From: Alphaproteobacteria bacterium
GTDB taxonomy: Bacteria > Pseudomonadota > Alphaproteobacteria > Rs-D84
NCBI GenBank assembly: GCA_013316395.1
Contig: WSMU01000002.1
Coordinates: 1-43,836, forward strand
Direction: 5' to 3'
Length of the DNA: 43,836 bases
The position numbers and the translations under genes were made by a program. The first letter of the stretch is position 1, and the number at the start of each line of letters is the position of its first letter. Positions 17,907 through 25,186 of this stretch are shown here, piece after piece. The notes below the pieces were generated by a model. That model searched no databases. It was not told the DNA's origin and saw only the letters and a program-made list of their open reading frames with translations.

Positions 17907-19448
17907 ATGAAATTCGCAAGCGCAATTAAGTTAAATATTTCCATATTCTGCCTGGGGGTATTTTGCATTACCGCAATGCCCGCCGTGGCGGCGCAAAGCG
18001 CATGGGACAATCCGAATGCCAATATGGCCGCCGGCAGTACAAAGCCCGGCTATGCACAGTTGGCCTGGACATCGGGCAGTGTTTTACCCATAAAGCTGCG
18101 CAATGGTATGGCGACAATGATAACCCTGCCTAATGGTGAGCAGATTGCCGATGTTATCGTTGGTAACAGCGCTATGTTTAATATTGATGCATCCCAGGGT
18201 GCCCGCACAATGTTTATCAGCCCCGAAAGCTCTCCCCAGGGTGGGGACACAAACATGATTGTCCAGGGTAAATCAGGCAACACATATTTGTTTTATCTGC
18301 GGGCAGAGCCTGCAAATTCCGGCGAGATTACATATTCCCAAGTCGATGTTGTTTTGGACGGCAACGGTGTACTGCCCACGGCGACGGGGGCGGCCACAAC
18401 ATCGGGCAGCATGAATTCCATATTTGCAAAAAAATCCAGCTCTGCCAGCACGGTTGGTGTTGACGGCGAAGATTATGGATGGATAAAATCAATGAAAATT
18501 GACCCGTCGGAATTCCGCTTTGATTTGGATATTTTCGTACCGAACCCCGATGACTATGTAATCGCACCCGAACGCGTATGGCGCGACCGCATATTCACAT
18601 ATATAGACTTTGGCGACAAGGTTATCGCAATGACCCAGCGTCCGGTTGTGTCGCTGCTGGTTGAGGGGGGCGAGTCGCCCGTTGGTTTCCGTACTGACGG
18701 CGAAGACGGCAGACTGCTGATTGTGGAGGCTGTTGGCGATATGATTCTGCGCAGTGGTCAACGCATCGTTTGTATTAAAAAGCGCGAAAAACCGTTCCTG
18801 ATTGCAGACACTGCGTCGGTTATGGCCCTGGCGGAGGCGAATGTGGCACAATCAATGATGTCGGGCCAGTCGCTGAATAACATTTCATATCAAATGGATG
18901 TAAACGCCATGAATATGGCGGGAACAAACTATACAGGCACCCCTGTCTATGTCGGCCAGGGCGCAAACGCCGCAACAGGTGCGGGAACATACATGCCCAT
19001 GGGATATGGACAAAATGCATACGGCCAGGCATCCCTGGCCGGTGGGGCGGTTGCGACCAGCGGCGGCGTTACAATGATGCCGACACAGCGCAATACCGCG
19101 GGCAGCTATCTGCCGCAGTCAAACATACCGCTGATATCCAGTAACCAAAGCGGCGTTGCGGTTGAACTGAAATCTGATACATCTGTAAAAGCCTTGGATG
19201 ATTACTGGACCGGGTTGCTGGCTAAGTTTAGCGGCGAAGACGGCCAGGGCCTGCTGACACCGTATAAAGACATGGTCTTCTTTGCAGTGGATGAGCAAGG
19301 GGTCGGCGACCTGGGGGCGGGATCGTCCACGGCGCGGCTATACCGTCTGCGCATTGGGCCGATGGGCGATATTGATACGGCCCAAAAGCTATGCGACCAG
19401 TTGCTAAAGTTCAGCGGCGCCAGCTGCCATGTTGTTCGGATTCAGTAA
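17907..19448 (+). CDS. VirB9/TrbG/CagX-like outer-membrane core protein with a ~200-aa C-terminal extension ending in a SPOR-like domain
   Basis: Signal peptide ending AVAAQS. An N-terminal VirB9-like domain (MITLPNGEQIADVIVGNSAMFNI...TNMIVQGKSGNTYLFYLRA) and a second VirB9-like domain (VWRDRIFTYIDFG...RLLIVEAVGDMILRSGQRIVCIKK). The tail contains LYRLRIGPMGDIDTAQKLCDQLLKFSGASCHVV. Confidence 0.7.
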   Translation: MKFASAIKLNISIFCLGVFCITAMPAVAAQSAWDNPNANMAAGSTKPGYAQLAWTSGSVLPIKLRNGMATMITLPNGEQIADVIVGNSAMFNIDASQGARTMFISPESSPQGGDTNMIVQGKSGNTYLFYLRAEPANSGEITYSQVDVVLDGNGVLPTATGAATTSGSMNSIFAKKSSSASTVGVDGEDYGWIKSMKIDPSEFRFDLDIFVPNPDDYVIAPERVWRDRIFTYIDFGDKVIAMTQRPVVSLLVEGGESPVGFRTDGEDGRLLIVEAVGDMILRSGQRIVCIKKREKPFLIADTASVMALAEANVAQSMMSGQSLNNISYQMDVNAMNMAGTNYTGTPVYVGQGANAATGAGTYMPMGYGQNAYGQASLAGGAVATSGGVTMMPTQRNTAGSYLPQSNIPLISSNQSGVAVELKSDTSVKALDDYWTGLLAKFSGEDGQGLLTPYKDMVFFAVDEQGVGDLGAGSSTARLYRLRIGPMGDIDTAQKLCDQLLKFSGASCHVVRIQ

Positions 19449-19467
19449 AAAATAACGCGGATAGTTT

Positions 19468-21927
19468 ATGAGCAAAATAAAACAGCAATTTTCGGATTTG
19501 CGCAAAACAACACCACGACATGTGCAGTGGTTGTTGCTGGCGGCGGCGTTTGTCGTTGTGCTGATACTGCTGACGCTGCTGATTGGCGGCTGGCGCAAGA
19601 CAAGCGACGATATCAAAGAACCGGAAGACAACAAGCTGCAGTTGTTTATTGACCCGTCTGAAACACTGGACTGGTCGGCGACAAATGTTGGGACCGAGCA
19701 AACCGCAAAATTTATCGTTACCGCCAGCGCACCTGTAAAAATTTTGAAAGTACGCACCAATAGCGATATTGCCGGGCTGTCAACAACGGACCAATGCTCG
19801 ACCGCGACACTTACAATCGATAAGACCAACGGATGTGTCATAACTGTTAAATATGCCCCGGATGCCGATATGGCTAAAACAGGCGCATCGCTGTTTGTTG
19901 ACTGGCGCGGCGTGCGTGAAACAGACAGTCTTAAAAAAACAGATAAAATTACAATGGTGCTGGGCGCGGTTGGTGGCAAGGCATCTGTGGCCAAGAAAGA
20001 AGAAAGCGCAAAGAAAGCAAAAGCAGACAATGCTTCTAAACCTGTACCGGCGGCCGTCACAATGCCCGAGCCAGAACCGGAGCCAGAAGATACCCCCGCG
20101 CCGGTAAAGGAGCCCGAACCGGTACCGGTAAAAAAAGAAATTAAGCAAAACATAGAGGCTATTGCGCCGGATGATATTTTTGCCGCCCCGAAGAAAGCGG
20201 AGCCGGCACCCGTCAAGCAATCAAAAACCGAAGCCAATGTGCCGGCGACAGAAGAGTCTTGCTCAGACTTTGCGTTTCCGGGCTATAACACATCGGGACG
20301 CCAGATTGGCTGGATAAAGCCGGAGCGTGGTGCATATTATTTTCACCCGTTTTCTGACAAAAGCTGTGACAGTCCGACCGGTGTTTACAACCCTGATAAC
20401 GGTATTATAACGGATATAAAAGATGCATCGAAAAAGATTGGAACAGATGCAGAACATATTGGATATGCGTCTATAACAAACGGTGCACTGCCGCAGTTGG
20501 CACCGATGCCGGGGTCTAAGTCTGCTGTATCTGCCGCGCCCGCGACAGCGACAGTCAATGGCGGAATGGCAATAAACGGCCAGACAGTGGCGGGAATAAA
20601 TATAACAAAGCCCCAGTCGGATGTTCTTTATACATCCAGTGGTGAATATTTGCAAAACACACAGCCATATGACAGAAGCTTTGTACTGCGCCAGTATAAG
20701 CCGATTCCGGCAACAATAGTATCAGATGTTCGCGCAGACCCGGAAGCGTTGGCAAACAATACACTGCCGGTACGTGCGACAGTAGATCGCAATGTATATG
20801 CTGACAATGGCCGTACGGTCATAATCCCGGCGGGAACATTGCTGATGGGATATGTATCCGGCAAGTTACCGGGGCCCTATACATCCATTGGCCGCATGGA
20901 TATCAGATGGTATCAGTTCATATTGCCCAGCGGTGTTGAATTTAATTTCCCCGGCGAAGGCGCAGACCCATTTTCAGCCGACGCCCAGGGCCGCAGTGGC
21001 GTGCCAGGACGCGGCAGCACAGATTATCTGGAACAGTTTGTTATGCCCATGCTGACGGCGATTGTACCGGCGGCGGTAAACATGATTGCACCGGTTGCGG
21101 ACAAGTTTGTAAATCAAATAGACCTGGATAATAATACGGTTGTACAAAGTGGTACTGTGCGCTCATCAGAATTGGCAAAGAATGAGATTATCACCGCATG
21201 GAATCAGGTTGCGCAAAAACTGTTGGTAGATATGATGGACAACACAACACCGCCGTTTTCCATTGCGGCCGGCACGCGTATTACTGTTTACTCGCCCTTG
21301 GATTTACAGATTACATGCGGCAATCCGGATGACCCGAACAATGTTGGTAAAAAGTGTGCCGTTGCACCGTATAGCACGAACCCACGCGGCAGAAGAGCCA
21401 ACAGCACAGAGAGAGCAGACGACGGCTCTTGGGTGGGTCAGGTGCGCAGCTTTAACATGCAGCAGTATTGCACAAAGGATAAAAACGGAAACTGGACCGC
21501 AAATGAATCCTGTGCGACAACTGACTGTGGTGGTTATGACTATCGGACAATATTGTTCTATTGCCAGTCAATTAACTATCAGGCGATAAACAATGCAAAG
21601 CAAGATGCCCTGTTTAAAAATCAGCAGCAACAGTTCAATCAGAATTACGAAGTAAACTCTGGTGCGGGGGGGCTGACCGGGATAGCAGGTAATCAGGCAT
21701 ACAACGAAGATGTTTTGGGTCTGAAATATGATGAAGATACGGGGGCGATTGTAAACCCGTTCCAAACACTGCCCAAGGAAGAGGCACCGGCAACCATTAC
21801 ATGTGAAGACGGTACCAACCCGGATGCAAACGGATGCTGTACCGGTGAAATTTACACAGATATGGGCGACCAGGGTTTCAACTGCTGTCCGGAAACAGGT
21901 GGCGATTGTTTCCCGCCGATACTCTAA
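19468..21927 (+). CDS. VirB10/TrbI/DotG-like envelope-spanning protein with an extra N-terminal periplasmic module and a Cys-rich C-terminal tail
   Basis: 819 aa. It has a TM (WLLLAAAFVVVLILLTLLIGGW), a Pro/Glu-rich linker (PEPEPEPEDTPAPVKEPEPVPV), and a VirB10 core (VRATVDRNVYADNGRTVIIPAGTLLMGYV...RMDIRWYQFILPSGVEF...DAQGRSGVPGRGSTDY...AAGTRITVYSPLDL). A ~205-aa tail with 12 Cys follows. Confidence 0.75.
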   Translation: MSKIKQQFSDLRKTTPRHVQWLLLAAAFVVVLILLTLLIGGWRKTSDDIKEPEDNKLQLFIDPSETLDWSATNVGTEQTAKFIVTASAPVKILKVRTNSDIAGLSTTDQCSTATLTIDKTNGCVITVKYAPDADMAKTGASLFVDWRGVRETDSLKKTDKITMVLGAVGGKASVAKKEESAKKAKADNASKPVPAAVTMPEPEPEPEDTPAPVKEPEPVPVKKEIKQNIEAIAPDDIFAAPKKAEPAPVKQSKTEANVPATEESCSDFAFPGYNTSGRQIGWIKPERGAYYFHPFSDKSCDSPTGVYNPDNGIITDIKDASKKIGTDAEHIGYASITNGALPQLAPMPGSKSAVSAAPATATVNGGMAINGQTVAGINITKPQSDVLYTSSGEYLQNTQPYDRSFVLRQYKPIPATIVSDVRADPEALANNTLPVRATVDRNVYADNGRTVIIPAGTLLMGYVSGKLPGPYTSIGRMDIRWYQFILPSGVEFNFPGEGADPFSADAQGRSGVPGRGSTDYLEQFVMPMLTAIVPAAVNMIAPVADKFVNQIDLDNNTVVQSGTVRSSELAKNEIITAWNQVAQKLLVDMMDNTTPPFSIAAGTRITVYSPLDLQITCGNPDDPNNVGKKCAVAPYSTNPRGRRANSTERADDGSWVGQVRSFNMQQYCTKDKNGNWTANESCATTDCGGYDYRTILFYCQSINYQAINNAKQDALFKNQQQQFNQNYEVNSGAGGLTGIAGNQAYNEDVLGLKYDEDTGAIVNPFQTLPKEEAPATITCEDGTNPDANGCCTGEIYTDMGDQGFNCCPETGGDCFPPIL

Positions 21928-21932
21928 GTCAT

Positions 21933-21959
21933 ATCCCCGCCATGCGGGGATTTTATTTT
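21933..21959 (+). terminator. Intrinsic terminator after the virB10-like gene
   Basis: TCCCCGC (21934-21940), loop CAT, GCGGGGA (21944-21950), then TTTTATTTT. Confidence 0.8.
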
Positions 21960-22082
21960 AAATAAGAAAACCTAAAAATGAACACAACAAAACAATAATG
22001 AAAACTTTAACAAACGCAATTATTTCGCGTGCCATTTGGCGCGCATTTTTTTATGCCAGGCCACCGCCAAAGTAAAATCACC

Positions 22083-22187
22083 GAATCGGTGTTTTTTGGC
22101 GATTCGCTTGCGACTTTATAAAAACGCGTAACGAATCAGAAAACCGATTCGCAGTTCAACCCTCGGTTGTAATAATTCACAGGATTC
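22083..22187. promoter_or_regulatory. Cluster of five GANTC (CcrM-type methylation) sites in the promoter region of ORF 22245
   Basis: GAATC at 22083 and 22133; GATTC at 22101, 22146 and 22183. A candidate promoter is TTCGCA, 17 nt, AATAAT preceded by TGt, and its -35 overlaps the site at 22146. Confidence 0.6.
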
Positions 22188-22244
22188 TATTCTTAGTCTA
22201 TATAACTAAAACATAACCGTCATACTTTACGAAGGAGAAAACAT

Positions 22245-22598
22245 ATGACATCGCAAACAGCACAGACCTTTATCAACGCAGAAAAATTCCAAAATGCGGA
22301 ACAACTGTGGTTCTGGTTCCTGTATTCAAAATCTGTTCGTGCCGGCTATATCCACAGTCATACAAACGCCAATCAATCACGACGAATATGCGAGCTTATC
22401 GATGTCGAAACGCTGATTACAAAGCTATATCTGGCGGGCAGAATCAGCGATGAACAACTGCGCATTATGAAGCAGTTCGGCGATAAGCGCCGTGCACCGC
22501 ATCAGTATATCTGGACGGAAAACAAAGCCGCCGCCCTGTGGCGTGATGCAATGAATACTTTGCAGCATGCGGCTGCGACGCGTGGTTGGATTGATTAA
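22245..22598 (+). CDS. Hypothetical protein, 117 aa, helix-rich, possibly DNA-binding; no family recognised
   Basis: Strong RBS GAAGGAG 7 nt upstream of the ATG. The composition looks coding. Confidence 0.6.
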   Translation: MTSQTAQTFINAEKFQNAEQLWFWFLYSKSVRAGYIHSHTNANQSRRICELIDVETLITKLYLAGRISDEQLRIMKQFGDKRRAPHQYIWTENKAAALWRDAMNTLQHAAATRGWID

Positions 22599-22631
22599 AA
22601 GCATAATATACAAAACAGACAGGTATCAAAT

Positions 22632-22967
22632 ATGGTTATTATTGCATTTTCTGAAAAGACATCAAAAATCTTGCCGCGCATAATATGTCGCAGGTTTAGA
22701 CATTGCGCCCCGATTACCCCAGTGGGCCGCGGTATGATTTTGCACCAGTTTTCATCACCGGGGCATATTACAAAAATACCTATTAACATCAGGGGCATCG
22801 GCCGGTTGCAGAAACAAGGCTGGCGTTTTATATATCTGCCGATTGATGCCCCCGGAAATCTTGGGAGCCATGCCTTCAGTTGTGTTGACTTATCGAAACG
22901 CGCACTTCGATTAAGTGCGCCACATATCCAAACCCCCGATGCTTTGTACAGGCATCTGCGCAAATGA
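22632..22967 (+). CDS. Hypothetical protein, 111 aa, with a weak resemblance to permuted papain-like (YiiX/C92, NlpC/P60-superfamily) amidases
   Basis: The N-terminal IIAFSEKTSKILPRIICRRFRHCAPI and the later SHAFSCVDLSKRAL...TPDALY resemble the His-then-Cys order of permuted NlpC/P60 enzymes. The RBS is weak and the ORF is short for that family. Confidence 0.4.
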   Translation: MVIIAFSEKTSKILPRIICRRFRHCAPITPVGRGMILHQFSSPGHITKIPINIRGIGRLQKQGWRFIYLPIDAPGNLGSHAFSCVDLSKRALRLSAPHIQTPDALYRHLRK

Positions 22968-22993
22968 AAAAGGCCCCCTGTCGGGGGCCCTTA
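22968..22993. terminator. Bidirectional terminator between ORF 22632 and yidC
   Basis: GGCCCCC (22972-22978), loop TGTC, GGGGGCC (22983-22989). There is an A-run on the left (a U-run for yidC on the minus strand). Confidence 0.8.
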
Positions 22994-24571
22994 TTATTTG
23001 GCGGCACGCTTTTTCAAAATATACATTTGACCGATACCGAACAAATTAGACACAGTCCAATACAAAACCAATCCCGCCGGCATCCATGCAAACAGTATTG
23101 TGAACAATAACGGCATCCATTTCATAAAACGCATGCTCTGTGCGACTGCGTCATTGCCAGTCGCGGCGGTATTTGCGGTCTGAAGATATGACTGCAGCCA
23201 CATTGTCGCACCCATTAAAACTGGCAGAATAAAGTACGGGTCCATAGCTGCTAAATCCTTTATCCACAGGAAATGCGCACCACGCATCGGAACAGATATC
23301 AGCAGTGCCTTGTAGAGCGCAAAAAATATCGGAATCTGTAGCAGCATCGGCAGGCATCCCGACATGGGCGACGTCTTATGCGTTTGATACAAGCGCATCA
23401 TTTCCATTTGCAGGCGCGCCTTGTCATTTGCATACAGCTTTTGTATGCGTGACATTTCAGGCTGCATTTTTTGCATTGCAATCATGGATGTATAAGACTT
23501 GCGTGTCAACGGCCACATCAGCAAACGCAGCAATATTGTCATGATAATTATCGCAACACCGTAATTCATAACAACAGAATGTATCGCATTTAGCAACATT
23601 AGCATCGGGCGCGCCAGGAACCAGAACCAGCCGTAGTCAACAGTCTTGTTAATCCCCGCAATAAGGGCCGCAGCAGCATTCAGCACAGACTGGTCACGGG
23701 GGCCGGCAAATATGCGTGTGGTAATAGTTGAAGATGCACCGGGTGCAACAGAAACCGCCGCAGCCGCGGTATCGGCCTCATAGTTATCTGCGCTTTTTCT
23801 AGCACGCATTGTTTGGTCGGGCGAATCTATTGATGCAACTGTTTCCCAGTACTGGTCTGCAAAGCCCACAAAGCCGTTTGTGGTTGTGTATGCATAAGAC
23901 TTTTTATCCAAATCGCGCCAGTCTTCATGTTCTATGTCACTGTTGGCAAAGGCAATGGCACCGGTATAAACACCGGCCGATGATGCCTTGTCCGCGGGGC
24001 GAACCAGACGTGCATACGGCGCAACCGCAACAGGCGCATTCGACGCGTTGCGTACGGTATCCGTTATCGTTATAACATAACCATCCGTGGTAACATTACG
24101 GCGGAATTCCACACCCGCATTATTGCGCCACAGCATTTCGCCATCTGTGCTGCGCCATACGGCATCAGCCGCCGGAACGATTGTATTCTGGGATACAAAG
24201 CCCGCCTCTATAAACGCGCCTTTGTCTGTCGGCATCAATATTACGCGCGCATCATTATCATTCGCATCTGCGGAAAAATCGTTCAATGCGATATTAGAAA
24301 CACGCAGCCCCTGGATATCAAAGTTAATTTTTTCAGATGTAACTGCTGATACCGGAACTTTTGACAGGTCAACAACCGGCGCATTATCTGCGGCGGTGAC
24401 AACTTCTTGCTTGGCCGGGCGCATCCATATACCAATCAACCACCAGCATGCAACAAATATCGCAAACCACCACAGAAAAGATGACAGCCATGACTTTTTA
24501 CGCGGCACGGCATCGGTGGCGGCACGCCACTGTTTAAAACCAGAATTTACATTATTTAAATATTTTACCAT
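22994..24571 (-). CDS. yidC: Membrane protein insertase YidC
   Basis: N-terminal TM, a large periplasmic domain, and a C-terminal 60-kDa IMP core (GCLPMLLQIPIFFALYKAL). The likely start is ATG 24571 (MVKYLNN). Confidence 0.93.
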   Translation of the reverse strand: MVKYLNNVNSGFKQWRAATDAVPRKKSWLSSFLWWFAIFVACWWLIGIWMRPAKQEVVTAADNAPVVDLSKVPVSAVTSEKINFDIQGLRVSNIALNDFSADANDNDARVILMPTDKGAFIEAGFVSQNTIVPAADAVWRSTDGEMLWRNNAGVEFRRNVTTDGYVITITDTVRNASNAPVAVAPYARLVRPADKASSAGVYTGAIAFANSDIEHEDWRDLDKKSYAYTTTNGFVGFADQYWETVASIDSPDQTMRARKSADNYEADTAAAAVSVAPGASSTITTRIFAGPRDQSVLNAAAALIAGINKTVDYGWFWFLARPMLMLLNAIHSVVMNYGVAIIIMTILLRLLMWPLTRKSYTSMIAMQKMQPEMSRIQKLYANDKARLQMEMMRLYQTHKTSPMSGCLPMLLQIPIFFALYKALLISVPMRGAHFLWIKDLAAMDPYFILPVLMGATMWLQSYLQTANTAATGNDAVAQSMRFMKWMPLLFTILFAWMPAGLVLYWTVSNLFGIGQMYILKKRAAK

Positions 24572-24573
24572 TT

Positions 24574-25104
24574 TTATTTCCCACCTTTTGCTGTGGCGCG
24601 ACGACGCGCCATGTACCAGTTTAATATGTATAACCCAACCCCCACACAAATGAATATATCTGCGACGTTAAAGGCCGGCCAATGAATGGCACCGATATGA
24701 AAATCTAAAAAATCGACAACCGCGCCAAAGCGTATGCGGTCAATCAAATTACCGATGGCACCACCCAGTATTAGCGCCAATGACCAACGCTCGTACCCGG
24801 CGCAACGTCTGAAGGTATAATAGCCAATAAAGCCTATTATGGCACCGGTTGCAATTATAATCAGAAGGGGCGCCCCCTCGCCCAGGGCGCGGAATAAAGA
24901 AAATGAAGCCCCCGGATTCCATGTAAATACAATATTAAAGAAATCTGTTACGTGCGCCATTATATAGGGCATTGGCACAATCTGCCAGGCGGGGCCAAAC
25001 ATCGGAATACCGCCGGTAATTAAATAAAGTAAAGTCCCCTTGGTTATTTGGTCCAGCGCCACTACACCAAAAACAACCGCCAATATTTTAAAAATATTTT
25101 TCAT
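24574..25104 (-). CDS. lspA: Lipoprotein signal peptidase (signal peptidase II)
   Basis: 176 aa with four TM segments and the conserved WNPGASFS and FNVADIFI motifs. Confidence 0.92.
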   Translation of the reverse strand: MKNIFKILAVVFGVVALDQITKGTLLYLITGGIPMFGPAWQIVPMPYIMAHVTDFFNIVFTWNPGASFSLFRALGEGAPLLIIIATGAIIGFIGYYTFRRCAGYERWSLALILGGAIGNLIDRIRFGAVVDFLDFHIGAIHWPAFNVADIFICVGVGLYILNWYMARRRATAKGGK

Positions 25105-25186
25105 ATACCTTTCCCTTTGCCAGATGCCAATATAACATACAAGCCGGCAAAAGCAAATAATAATCGCCCCAAAAGGGGCGAGGAAA

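Noticed and set aside
20040-20135. Short periodic CCAGAACCGGAGCC-type repeats, checked as a possible tandem repeat or CRISPR-like array
   Set aside because: They encode the PEPEPEPE/PAPVKEPEPVPV linker typical of VirB10-family proteins. They lie in frame inside a long ORF, and there is no repeat-spacer architecture.
19404-20237. 277-aa Ser/Gly/Ala-rich minus-strand ORF
   Set aside because: It is antisense to the 5' third of the virB10-like gene, including its Pro/Glu-rich linker, which explains the Gly/Ser-rich reverse frame. There is no start context.
21998-22075. 25-codon ORF (MKTLTNAIISRAIWRAFFYARPPPK) in the spacer after the virB10-like terminator
   Set aside because: It has no RBS, is very short and has no distinguishing features. 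It is indistinguishable from chance.
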